The notes: generated by a model from the sequence alone, not told the origin. A stretch of 64,000 nucleotides of DNA from an archaeon (GCA_043817405.1 JBDRGV010000051.1:1960-65959), one strand, 5' to 3'. Numbered from the stretch's first letter, positions 35,523 through 45,020 are shown. Program-made: numbers and translations.

Positions 35523-35562
35523 GAACTATAGGTATATACCGAGATTTAAAAATCTAATGCTC

Positions 35563-36111
35563 TCAAAAAACATGCCCCAACAGCACCTTAACCCCTATCC
35601 CAATCAAAACTATTCCTCCTACCAGCATGCTCACTTTTGGTTTGAACTTTAATTTACTTCCAAAGAATAATGCAAATGTTCCTACCATAAACACCACTAG
35701 TCCAACTATTATTGCAGAACTCCATAGTTCTATGTTTATTATACTAAAGGTTATCCCCAAAGCCAACGCGTCTATGCTTGTTGCTATGGATACTAACATC
35801 AATGGTTTCCATTCAGTCCATTTTATCGTAATCTCTTTTTCTTTTGAGAAACTCATTAGTATCATTCTTATTCCTATGAATAATAACAGTCCAAAAGCAA
35901 CCCAGTGGTCAAATCCTTGCATATGATCTAAGAAAGAAGTTGATAACAAATAACCAATAACTAGCATTATAAAGTGAAATACTCCAAAAGATAAAGGAAT
36001 TATCAAATCTTTAAAATTTATTTTCTTTGAAAAAGAACCTATTACAGTAGATACTGCAAATATATCCATCGATAAGGCCAAAGCCGTTAAAAAAACAAAT
36101 CCAACATCCAT
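35563..36111 (-). CDS. mntP: Manganese efflux pump
   Basis: ALSMDIFAV, FG.FH..M, DHW.AF.LL..IG..M and ATSIDALA.G motifs. Confidence 0.9.
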   Translation of the reverse strand: MDVGFVFLTALALSMDIFAVSTVIGSFSKKINFKDLIIPLSFGVFHFIMLVIGYLLSTSFLDHMQGFDHWVAFGLLLFIGIRMILMSFSKEKEITIKWTEWKPLMLVSIATSIDALALGITFSIINIELWSSAIIVGLVVFMVGTFALFFGSKLKFKPKVSMLVGGIVLIGIGVKVLLGHVF

Positions 36112-36173
36112 AGAATAAACAAATAGTTGTTTCTTATATAAAGTTAACTAGAATATCCACACTAAAATTATAA

Positions 36174-37163
36174 GTGTCTACAAAAACAAAAAAGTTTATA
36201 AATGTAGACACCTTATAATTATTTATGTTCATAGAAAAAAGAAAACAAGGGAAAAAAGAAAAATATTACTTAATCCATTCTTACAGAGTCGGTGACAAAG
36301 TAAAAAGAATATCAAGGCATCTTGGATCAAACTTAAATAAGAACACCCTCGCACAACTAAGAGCAAGAGCAGAAATATTAATTTTAGAACAGATAAAAGA
36401 ACAGAGTCCCTACGAGTTTGAACTAAATAAAGATGAAATTGAATATTACAATAAATTTAATCATAAAATTGAGATAATCCACTTTCAAGAAAAAGATTGG
36501 CAACTATTCACACAAGCATTTACCTACAACACAAATGCGATAGAAGGCTCAACAGTCGTGAAAACAGAAGTAAAAAAGTTGTTGGGAAAAAAAGAAAGCC
36601 CAACAAATGATGATGAGAAAGAAACCTTAAATGTTGCCAATGCAGTTGAATTTATAAGAAAAACAAAAGAAAAGTTATCGGTTGAACTAATTAAAGAAAT
36701 TCACAAGATTTGCTTTCAAAGCACTAAACAATTTGCAGGAACAACTAGAAAAGTTGAAGTTGTTATAAGAGACTCTCATGGGAACATAGTTCATCAAGGA
36801 GCACCTGCAAATATGGTTGAAACATTACTAAAAGAACTGGTTGAGTGGTATCATAAGCACAAGAATAAATATCCTCCACTACTCCTGGCAGCAATTACAC
36901 ACAACCAATTTGAAGATATTCACCCATTTCAAGATGGAAATGGTAGAGTTGGAAGATTATTGTTAAATTATGTTTTATTACAGTTTAATTATCCTCCAAT
37001 AAATATCACTTTAAAAGACAAAGCTAAATACTATGAAACATTGCAGAGATATCATAAAACAAGCGACATTAAATCAACTTTAAAATTTCTAATAGCAGAA
37101 TACAAAAAACAATACAAGAAGTAGGTGACCACAAAAACTAAAAAACTCAACATTTGTAGACAC
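36174..37163. repeat. About 40-bp direct repeats with internal inverted arms bracketing the fic gene (36174-36211 and 37125-37163)
   Basis: GTGTCTACA-N20-TGTAGACAC upstream. GTGACCACA-N21-TGTAGACAC starts immediately after the stop codon. Confidence 0.75.
36225..37124 (+). CDS. Fic family protein
   Basis: YNTNAIEGST and HPFQDGNGRVGR motifs. Confidence 0.92.
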   Translation: MFIEKRKQGKKEKYYLIHSYRVGDKVKRISRHLGSNLNKNTLAQLRARAEILILEQIKEQSPYEFELNKDEIEYYNKFNHKIEIIHFQEKDWQLFTQAFTYNTNAIEGSTVVKTEVKKLLGKKESPTNDDEKETLNVANAVEFIRKTKEKLSVELIKEIHKICFQSTKQFAGTTRKVEVVIRDSHGNIVHQGAPANMVETLLKELVEWYHKHKNKYPPLLLAAITHNQFEDIHPFQDGNGRVGRLLLNYVLLQFNYPPINITLKDKAKYYETLQRYHKTSDIKSTLKFLIAEYKKQYKK

Positions 37164-37256
37164 CTATTTTTATAGATATTATATAAAGTTAATGAAAAAC
37201 ACTATGAATAAATTTATATATAAAGAAATTCAATTTCATATACGAGGTGATTTTTC

Positions 37257-37397
37257 ATGGCACTAGATTATACACAAATAATGTTAGCAATTTGTATCGG
37301 AACTTTGGCAGCTTTAGTATACACATTAAGAGTTCTTGTATCATTAGAGAAAAAAGTTTCCAGATTATTAAAACATAATGATATAAGTGAAGAATAG
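37257..37397 (+). CDS. 46-aa single-TM protein, not in ORF track
   Basis: GAGGTGA RBS. Encodes MALDYTQIMLAICIGTLAALVYTLRVLVSLEKKVSRLL... Confidence 0.7.
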   Translation: MALDYTQIMLAICIGTLAALVYTLRVLVSLEKKVSRLLKHNDISEE

Positions 37398-37474
37398 AAC
37401 TATTGAAAGATAAGTTAAAAAAAGTTGTTTAAAGTTAACTCAACCTTTTTATATCTCTTCACATTCTTTTCCAT

Positions 37475-38140
37475 ATGAAAGTATACTTAGCCAACAAAAC
37501 TTCAGAATCATTCATTAAAGAATTTGAAAATCTTTCTAATGTTAAAGTAAACTATGAAATTAACTCAAACATTCTAAACCAAAAAGATTGTTTCTTAATT
37601 GATGTTTATAATACATTCATCAAACCAGTAACAACTATTGATGATGATATGACCATGGAAAGATTAGGAAAAATGGCTTATCTTAGGGGTGAAAAAGTTT
37701 CAGAAGATTTTATCATAAAAGGACAACCTGTTAGAAAAGGATTTAAAGAATTCTTAAAACATTACAATGACGTAAAAATAGGAATCCATTCCGACAGCAT
37801 ATATGATAATCAATTTCAAGAACTACATGATTATTGGGGTTTTGAAGGATTGGTTGAAAAATACTTCTATGAAATAACTGGAATTCCAGAAAAAGAATGG
37901 ATGTTCAAAAACTCTAATAAAATGGATTCGAAGTACTTTATACAAACATGGGATAATAAAAAATATATTAAAGATTTCAAGTATATGATTCAAGCAATGA
38001 ATACAAATAAAGAAAACACTTTAATCATAGGAGATGGACTAACAGACATTACTCCCGCAGTTCATTATAATATTGACCTCTTAGTGGTTCCACCGCAAAC
38101 AATGCAACCAAACTTTGATTTTAAAGAGTTAATAAAATAA
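37475..38140 (+). CDS. HAD-like hydrolase
   Basis: LIDVYNT (motif I), IHSD, K and IIGDG.TD (motif IV). Confidence 0.7.
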   Translation: MKVYLANKTSESFIKEFENLSNVKVNYEINSNILNQKDCFLIDVYNTFIKPVTTIDDDMTMERLGKMAYLRGEKVSEDFIIKGQPVRKGFKEFLKHYNDVKIGIHSDSIYDNQFQELHDYWGFEGLVEKYFYEITGIPEKEWMFKNSNKMDSKYFIQTWDNKKYIKDFKYMIQAMNTNKENTLIIGDGLTDITPAVHYNIDLLVVPPQTMQPNFDFKELIK

Positions 38141-38183
38141 CTCTCTCTAAACCTATTTAAATCTCTCTTTATTCCCTTTCTTC

Positions 38184-38732
38184 ATGGTTAAAGAAATTAT
38201 GAAATACATTTGCGAATTCAAAACTTGTGGAGCAGAATATAATTCCAGAAGTGAAGCTCAGAGATGTGAAGATTTTGGATTCATCGGTCCTGAGATTAAA
38301 AGTAATTTTATTTTCCGTTCCGACGCTCCTGGCCATGGTAAATATTATAATATCACTACTAGCACCATTGTGGAAGGCCATCGTAGAACAACTGAATACA
38401 GACAAATTTACGGAGACTTAGAATCTCTAAAGATAAAAGAACAAAGATTTAATCAAAAGAGTGAGGAACAACAGAAGAAAGAGCTTCAAGAGATTGACAT
38501 GATGGATATTATACCAACTACTACTAAATCATTAGCAATTTCTCTTGTTCAGGGTTATTACAAGATTCTTCCAAAAAAAGAATTCCAAGAAGTAAGCGAA
38601 TTTCTTTATAATGCTAATTGTATGGCTCCTTATAGAGAACCCTGGTATATGGGCTTTAATTTAAAATTCCAAAGAGAACCTTTTTTAAAAGACATGGATA
38701 CTATAATTGAAGAACTAAAGAAGTTTCCTTAA
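38184..38732 (+). CDS. Hypothetical protein
   Basis: N-terminal Y.C...TCG..Y....EA..CE zinc-finger-like motif. Confidence 0.6.
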   Translation: MVKEIMKYICEFKTCGAEYNSRSEAQRCEDFGFIGPEIKSNFIFRSDAPGHGKYYNITTSTIVEGHRRTTEYRQIYGDLESLKIKEQRFNQKSEEQQKKELQEIDMMDIIPTTTKSLAISLVQGYYKILPKKEFQEVSEFLYNANCMAPYREPWYMGFNLKFQREPFLKDMDTIIEELKKFP

Positions 38733-38779
38733 TACTTTCCTCAACCTTTTTATATATCTTTTAATTCCCATTCTCTACA

Positions 38780-39124
38780 ATGTCATTAAATGATGCACTA
38801 GCCAATATGAATGATCTTTATAATAAGATTACTGATAAAGGAATGGATATTTATCAGTTTGATTATAGCTATTCACTTTGGAAGTATCATCGATATGAGG
38901 ATGTAACTGACATATACACTATTCTTCTTCCTAAAGGTAAAAAATATATTTCTGAAGATAACATTGAAAGACTAAAGGGTTATGATAAGAAAATCCCAAG
39001 AACATCTATGCCTCTAAAGGATATAGTATCAGGAAGAATAAAGATTAAACCTGTAAAAGAAATGCCGACATTAAATACACTCCGAGAACTAATCTCTCAT
39101 GGAGTTCATTTTTCTAGAAGATAA
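38780..39124 (+). CDS. Hypothetical protein
   Basis: 114-aa ORF with a TATA about 28 nt upstream. Confidence 0.6.
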   Translation: MSLNDALANMNDLYNKITDKGMDIYQFDYSYSLWKYHRYEDVTDIYTILLPKGKKYISEDNIERLKGYDKKIPRTSMPLKDIVSGRIKIKPVKEMPTLNTLRELISHGVHFSRR

Positions 39125-39125
39125 T

Positions 39126-39380
39126 TCACTTCTTATATATCTTCTTTCGATGTCCTACTTTTATTACCAGAATAAACAACTCTTTTCTATAGATATCTGC
39201 AATTATCCTATAATCTCCTGCTCTTAATTTGTATGATTTTTCACCAACCAATTTTTCAAAGTATGCTTCAGGCCTTATCCTGGATCTTTCTATCACAGAT
39301 ATTATTCTTTTTCTAATCTCTTTTGGTAGTTTTGCTAGTTGTTTCTTAGCTAAATCCGAAAGTTCTACTGTATAACTCAT
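39126..39380 (-). CDS. relE: RelE/ParE family toxin
   Basis: A.KQL.KL, KL.G...YKLR.GDYRII and KVGHRK.IY motifs. Confidence 0.9.
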   Translation of the reverse strand: MSYTVELSDLAKKQLAKLPKEIRKRIISVIERSRIRPEAYFEKLVGEKSYKLRAGDYRIIADIYRKELFILVIKVGHRKKIYKK

Positions 39381-39598
39381 AGTCCTAACTCTTTTTTAAC
39401 TTCAGCAAGAGTGTGTGTCTTGCCTTCTTTGTATTCTTTTCTAGCTATTTCTATATCTTTCAGAGTCTCTTCAGATAGCTCCATTGTATCTTCTAACAAA
39501 TCCCATAGAACATCTTCATAGCTTTCATTAGAATATCTTTTCTTTGCTTTTAATTCGTTTAACAAATCTTTGCTTATTTGAATAGTTGTATTGGCCAT
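39377..39598 (-). CDS. Cognate antitoxin
   Basis: MANTTIQIS...ESYEDVLWDLLED..ELSEET...IE.AR.....GK...L.EVKKELGL. ATGA overlap with relE. Confidence 0.85.
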   Translation of the reverse strand: MANTTIQISKDLLNELKAKKRYSNESYEDVLWDLLEDTMELSEETLKDIEIARKEYKEGKTHTLAEVKKELGL

Positions 39599-39753
39599 AG
39601 CATCTATATAAGTCACTATAGTATTTAAAGATTGTGCTTTGGACATAATTGTATTTAGAATAATCACCTTAATAAAAACTATGCAACAAAACTCGCAAGA
39701 TTTCCGGCATACCTTTATAAAATTCTCTTTATCCCCATTCTTAGGTGGTTATT

Positions 39754-40221
39754 ATGGAAGAATACACACAAGAACAACACGGAAAAGATTCTAAAATCTA
39801 TGATCCATATCCTTTTATAAGGAAAATAATAAAAACCAATTTTATTCTAAGTTGTGCTGTTTTGACTTGGGGTTTTACGCTGGCAACTCTCAATTATAAA
39901 GCTTGCAGGTCTGAAAAGATAGTTGATGAAACACACTTGCAAGAGATAATCATAGAAGAGTCCAAAGCTTTGGATATGAAAAATAAGGATATCACCGGAA
40001 GATTCACCGAAGCACCTTTTGGCCATGGTCAGGCGATAAAACTTGATTATAATAAATACGAGATAATATTAGATAAGAAAGGAAGAAACAGGGGTGTTCT
40101 GAAGCATGAACTGTATCATATACTCAAAGGCCATGCAGAAGAAAAAGACAACCTGTTGATATATCTGTTCATAGAAGAACCACAGGCAGCTCTTTACGGA
40201 GCCTATGGTATAAAACTATAA
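39754..40221 (+). CDS. Membrane-anchored HExxH metallopeptidase-like protein
   Basis: TM helix, then LKHELYH and EEPQA motifs. Confidence 0.65.
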   Translation: MEEYTQEQHGKDSKIYDPYPFIRKIIKTNFILSCAVLTWGFTLATLNYKACRSEKIVDETHLQEIIIEESKALDMKNKDITGRFTEAPFGHGQAIKLDYNKYEIILDKKGRNRGVLKHELYHILKGHAEEKDNLLIYLFIEEPQAALYGAYGIKL

Positions 40222-40296
40222 GAAAACACCATGCTATAAAAAATTAAAGCAAGTTTTATATACTTTAATAAAAATAATCAATCGGAGTTGATAAAC

Positions 40297-40500
40297 ATGG
40301 TAAAAACTAAAATGAGTAAATGTTGTAATTTAAGTAAATATGGAACAGGATGTTGCGCCTATTTCTTAGGATTTATTGGTGCAGCTATTTATTACATCTC
40401 AACAGCTACAGGTTTTTGGAACGGAGTACTTGGTGTTCTACAAGCAATAGTGTGGCCTTTGTTCTTAGTGCTAGATTTATTAAAGTTTCTAGGCGCATAG
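40297..40500 (+). CDS. Small membrane protein
   Basis: YFLGFIGAAIYYI..A.GFW.GVLG.L.AIVWP motif. Confidence 0.75.
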   Translation: MVKTKMSKCCNLSKYGTGCCAYFLGFIGAAIYYISTATGFWNGVLGVLQAIVWPLFLVLDLLKFLGA

Positions 40501-40581
40501 AATAAATAATCATTCTAGAACAATCTTTGTTTTTTAAATTAATTTCAAAAAATTTATAAATATATTCCTCAGCAGATAAAC

Positions 40582-40884
40582 ATGAGGGTTTTGGCTTTAT
40601 TTTCACTGGTAATAGTAGCTCTGCTAATTTCATGCTCTACAAATATAACACTCCAAGACAGGGTTAATGATGCTTTAGTAGGTAAAAACATAACTCATTA
40701 TTCTATAGCAGGAGTACCACTAACTCATGTAATAGAAGAATCTGACATTGGAAAAGCAGAGAACGCGTTGTATCAAAAACAAGAATACATTAGAGTAAAG
40801 ATAGGTCAAACTATATCTTGGAACCTGTATCTTGACAAAGAAACACTAGAGATTATACACACAGAACAATTATTTGTAACATGA
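40582..40884 (+). CDS. Putative lipoprotein
   Basis: Lipobox-like LLISC. ATGA-coupled to the protease gene. Confidence 0.7.
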   Translation: MRVLALFSLVIVALLISCSTNITLQDRVNDALVGKNITHYSIAGVPLTHVIEESDIGKAENALYQKQEYIRVKIGQTISWNLYLDKETLEIIHTEQLFVT

Positions 40885-43800
40885 AAAAAATTATTCCTTG
40901 GATATTAGTATTCTTAATCGTTAGTATGATTGTTTCTGCAGAAGTAAGAGTATCAAATAACGAAAAAAGCTTTATCTCCAAAGAAGAAAAGAAGGAAGTC
41001 ATTCTTAACATGCCAGGTATAAAGCAAACAGATATAACCATGAAGAAAGAACTGAAAGAACAAGGTTACAAATATACTTTCTATCAACAAAAATATAAAA
41101 ATTTAGAGGTATATGGTGCACAGATAAGCATCATCGAGAAAAACGAGAAATTAGTTTCTATAAAATCCAATTATGAAGAATTTGATATAAACACTAATCC
41201 ATTGTTAAGCTCAGAAGATGCTAGGGAGATAGTCTGCGATGATATTGGACTTGTTGTGAAATTAGAGCCAAAACTAATCATCTACAAAAACCAATTCAAA
41301 GGAGCCGATTATCTACTGGCTTACATCATAGAAACGCCACTGCTAGAAGGACCTGAAAGATGGCGATACATCATTGATGCAAGGACTGGAAATATAGTTA
41401 TAAAAGAGACTCTTGTAATAGAAATATATGGTTATGTTACAGCACAAGTATTTCCAGAAACACCTGCGCAAACACAAATAACAGTCAATCTGACAAATAA
41501 CAATATAACTTTATGGCAGAATGGTAGCTTTGTCGCTTCTACATTGACCAATAATGGATTTTACAACATATCAGGATATGATAACAATATAATATTAAAA
41601 TCAAATCTTGAAGGACCATATGTAAAAGTTCTGAACGCAAACCAGACAAGAGCCTATTTTGAGTACAACGGAACTGGAAATGAGAGTTACAGCTGGAACT
41701 GGAATGTCTCTGACAACAACTCTGACAGGAATGAAGAGTCAAACATGTTCTATCACATAAATATTGCTCATGATTATTTCACGAGCGGTGAACCTTTCAA
41801 CATAACACAGATGAATTATCAGATGAACGCTACAGTACAATACGGTTTAGTATGCAATGCATTCTATGATACAGTTGACAAAAATATATACTTCTACGGT
41901 GGCGCTGGTGGTTGCGACAACCCTGCACTTAGTGCAGATATAATTTATCATGAATATGTTCACGCAGTGACCACTGAGATTTACGATTGGTTTCCTTATT
42001 ATAAAATCACAGGCGCCATGAGTGAAGGTTTCTCAGACTATTTCGCAGCCACAATAACAAATGACCCTGCAATTGGAAATGGCAACTGGAATCCATACAT
42101 TAGGAACATCAGCAATACAAGAAGCTATATCAACAACTATGCAGAATGTCCATCAGGTCAAAATCCTAGTCCAGGCAATGATTACTGTTATGTGCATTCA
42201 AACTCAGACATTTTTAGCGGAGCATTATGGGATTTTAGGCAATTAGTAGGTAATGAAACTGCAGATACCTTGATAATGAGAACAATAAAAGCACAGCCTC
42301 ATAGTTTCTCAGAATTCATGGAAGACATGCTAATATTAGATGATGACAATGCTAATCTTTCTGATGGAACACCAAACAGTACATTCATCTGCCAGGCATT
42401 TACCAACCATGATATATATTCTTATTATTGTAATGAGACAAAACATTCTTTTGACATATCTGAAACTACTTTAAACTGGTACGATGCCGCTGCAAACGGC
42501 CAAATAGTATCTTCATCTGAATCAACTGATGGAACACAAGGAATGGATGATGATGACATAACAAAGCCAATCAATCTAAGCTTTTTATTCCCTTTCCACG
42601 GAAGCAAGTACTCAAAAATATACATCGGTTCAAACGGTCTGGTGACCTTGCAGAATTACTCAGTTTCTATATTCTGGGATGACTGCTTCATACCAGACAG
42701 CAACCTGCCAAACACAGTCATCGCACCATTATGCACTGACCTTGATCCAAGCAGTGGCGGAGATGTGTATTATTGGTCTCAAAGCGACAAGTTTGTCGTT
42801 GAGTGGAAAAATGTTGTGCCTTATGGACAGAGCGAACAACTAAATATAGAATTGATAATTTTCAATAACGGAAGCATAGTCATGCAGTTCCAAAACATCT
42901 CTGGAATCAGCAGCACTTCAACAAAGATAGGTGTAGAAGATGATATTGGTTTGGCAGCAGATCTGTTGAATTATACTGATGTAAATTCTCTTGATCCTTC
43001 TGCGTTCATATTCATACCAACAAATACTGCTCCTAATCTGACTTCTTCTGCTCCAGACATAAATACAAGCATTTCAGAACCTAACAATCAGACTTTCAAC
43101 ATAAGTTATGATGATTTTGAGAGCGACACTATATCTATAAAATGGTATGTTGATGGTATTCTTTTTGCTGAGAACTCTACGATATTTGCTTATAACAGCA
43201 CATACACTTCTTCAGGAAGCCATAACATAACAGTAAATATCAGCGATTATCTCGACACTACAAGTTATTCATGGATGCTTGTTGTCAACAACACAGATAC
43301 TATACCTTCCATTAACAGTTATTCTCCTGGCAATGGCAATGTCTCCATGGTCGAGAATAACACACAATTTTTCAACCACTCATCAAGTGATGTTGATGGT
43401 GATACATTAAGCTATTCATGGTATCTTAATAATTCTTTAGAAGCAAACACTAGTTATTGGAGCTTTACAGCCAACTTCACTACTGCCGGAAACTGGAATT
43501 TAACCTTGGTTGTCTCAGACCCTCAAGGTAATAATGTTAGCAATTACTGGAATCTGCTTGTGAACAACACCAACAGAGCACCTATCTGGAACTCATTCGA
43601 AAACCAATCAATACTAAGCAACGAAACGCTCAATTATTACTTGAACACGACTGATCCTGACGGAGATAGTGTGAGCTTTTGGGTGAATGAAAGTGCTGTA
43701 AATGTTTCTACAGACAACCTGACTTATACACCTGTTAATTTCACAGGAAACAAATCCATAAGTATAGCTGCTATGGACTATGAATCCAATACTACAATTA

Positions 43801-44819
43801 CATTGATTATAACAGTCGTTGCAATTAATTATTCACCGGTATTCAGCGGAACAATACTAAATCAAACATGGAATGAAAACACAGCAAAAACCAGTGCTTT
43901 CGATCTCGATGACTATTTCTCAGATACTGATAGCAACTTAACATTCAACTATACTAGCACTAATAACATCATAGTTTCCATATCTGCAACAAATATTGTC
44001 AGCTTCTCACAGCCTGCTGATTGGTACGGTACTGAAACCATAATATTCAACGCGACGGATGGAACAAACCATGTAGACTCAAACAACATAACATTAACGG
44101 TTAGTGAAGTCTTCTCAAGTAGTGGGGGCGGAGGAAGCGGAAGCGTTCCAGTTGCAGAAGATACAATTTTAAGATCATGGCCTATTGTAAATACTGGCGA
44201 TTCAAAAACATTGATGATTAACAAAGCAGAGATTCCTTTGAAAAGCATAAGCTTTGAGGCTGCATCCAAACTCGCTTCACCAAATATAGTAGTTCAAAAA
44301 CTTGATTCAGCTCCAACTGTTGGTGCAAAATCAGGCAATATTTACAAATACATAAAAATAACTCCAACAAGGATGGATGTAGCAAGCGTTAACATAATAT
44401 TTTATGTCAACAAAGAATGGATTAAAAACAATTCGATTCTGAACGAAGATATTGCATTGTTCAGGTATACTGACAAATGGGTTGAGCTTCCTACAGTTAT
44501 TTTAGATCAAAATCTGACTGATGTGATATACAATGCAACAGGTCTAGGATTCAGCTATTTCGCAATTGCAGAGAAAGAAAAAATTATTACTCTCGCTTCT
44601 GACAAAGGTACAATGTTTGAATGGGTGGATGATAATGAAACAGAGGAAATAATTGAAAAAGAAACTGTAGAAGAAGTAAATAAATCTATTACACCAATAG
44701 TAGAAAATGATTCGAAAGATTTCAAACCAATACCATATTTATTAAGTGCATTGTTGTTGTTCATAATAGTTTACATATCTAAATCCTATAAGAATAAAAA
44801 AAACATTTCTAAGAATTAA
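40881..44819 (+). CDS. Large cell-surface thermolysin/fungalysin-like (M4/M36) metalloprotease with Ig/PKD-like repeats and PGF-pre-PGF domain
   Basis: Signal peptide and propeptide (YQQ.Y....V.G, YIIDA.TG). Catalytic motifs NAFY, DIIYHEYVH, GAMSEGFSD. D.DGD repeats, a GGGGSG linker, GFSYFAI and a C-terminal TM. Confidence 0.88.
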   Translation: MKKIIPWILVFLIVSMIVSAEVRVSNNEKSFISKEEKKEVILNMPGIKQTDITMKKELKEQGYKYTFYQQKYKNLEVYGAQISIIEKNEKLVSIKSNYEEFDINTNPLLSSEDAREIVCDDIGLVVKLEPKLIIYKNQFKGADYLLAYIIETPLLEGPERWRYIIDARTGNIVIKETLVIEIYGYVTAQVFPETPAQTQITVNLTNNNITLWQNGSFVASTLTNNGFYNISGYDNNIILKSNLEGPYVKVLNANQTRAYFEYNGTGNESYSWNWNVSDNNSDRNEESNMFYHINIAHDYFTSGEPFNITQMNYQMNATVQYGLVCNAFYDTVDKNIYFYGGAGGCDNPALSADIIYHEYVHAVTTEIYDWFPYYKITGAMSEGFSDYFAATITNDPAIGNGNWNPYIRNISNTRSYINNYAECPSGQNPSPGNDYCYVHSNSDIFSGALWDFRQLVGNETADTLIMRTIKAQPHSFSEFMEDMLILDDDNANLSDGTPNSTFICQAFTNHDIYSYYCNETKHSFDISETTLNWYDAAANGQIVSSSESTDGTQGMDDDDITKPINLSFLFPFHGSKYSKIYIGSNGLVTLQNYSVSIFWDDCFIPDSNLPNTVIAPLCTDLDPSSGGDVYYWSQSDKFVVEWKNVVPYGQSEQLNIELIIFNNGSIVMQFQNISGISSTSTKIGVEDDIGLAADLLNYTDVNSLDPSAFIFIPTNTAPNLTSSAPDINTSISEPNNQTFNISYDDFESDTISIKWYVDGILFAENSTIFAYNSTYTSSGSHNITVNISDYLDTTSYSWMLVVNNTDTIPSINSYSPGNGNVSMVENNTQFFNHSSSDVDGDTLSYSWYLNNSLEANTSYWSFTANFTTAGNWNLTLVVSDPQGNNVSNYWNLLVNNTNRAPIWNSFENQSILSNETLNYYLNTTDPDGDSVSFWVNESAVNVSTDNLTYTPVNFTGNKSISIAAMDYESNTTITLIITVVAINYSPVFSGTILNQTWNENTAKTSAFDLDDYFSDTDSNLTFNYTSTNNIIVSISATNIVSFSQPADWYGTETIIFNATDGTNHVDSNNITLTVSEVFSSSGGGGSGSVPVAEDTILRSWPIVNTGDSKTLMINKAEIPLKSISFEAASKLASPNIVVQKLDSAPTVGAKSGNIYKYIKITPTRMDVASVNIIFYVNKEWIKNNSILNEDIALFRYTDKWVELPTVILDQNLTDVIYNATGLGFSYFAIAEKEKIITLASDKGTMFEWVDDNETEEIIEKETVEEVNKSITPIVENDSKDFKPIPYLLSALLLFIIVYISKSYKNKKNISKN

Positions 44820-44822
44820 TAC

Positions 44823-45020
44823 CTATTCCAGAACAATCTTTGTTTTTTCTCTGAATTTAGAAGTCGCCACACTAACTAGTTTATAGTTTTTCAAATTCTG
44901 AGCTTCAGCATATATTTTTGCAGAGTTTACGGATGTAAAAGTTTTAGGTCTTTTAGTCCTATTTCTAGGTATATGTACTGAAGTTCGCATTCTCTTCAAA
45001 GAGGTTTTCATTCGTACCAT
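44823..45020 (-). CDS. Small basic hypothetical protein
   Basis: 65 aa, Lys/Arg-rich, with RPKTF.S...A..YA. TATA about 28 nt upstream. Confidence 0.6.
   Translation of the reverse strand: MVRMKTSLKRMRTSVHIPRNRTKRPKTFTSVNSAKIYAEAQNLKNYKLVSVATSKFREKTKIVLE

Larger units (their letters stand above)
34346..35537. promoter_or_regulatory. Three copies of operator-like ATATACCTATAG (34347-34358, 34869-34880, inverted 35526-35537)
   Basis: Identical 12-mers next to the promoters of three consecutive minus-strand genes. Confidence 0.7.

Noticed and set aside
29574..37124. Fic genes as IS elements
   Set aside because: Only the first 35 or so residues resemble a transposase N-terminus. There is no DDE core and I saw no target-site duplication.
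37440..39754. Similar pyrimidine-rich tracts before several genes as a repeat family
   Set aside because: They are consistent with ordinary TATA promoters of leaderless genes, and similarity is low beyond base composition.
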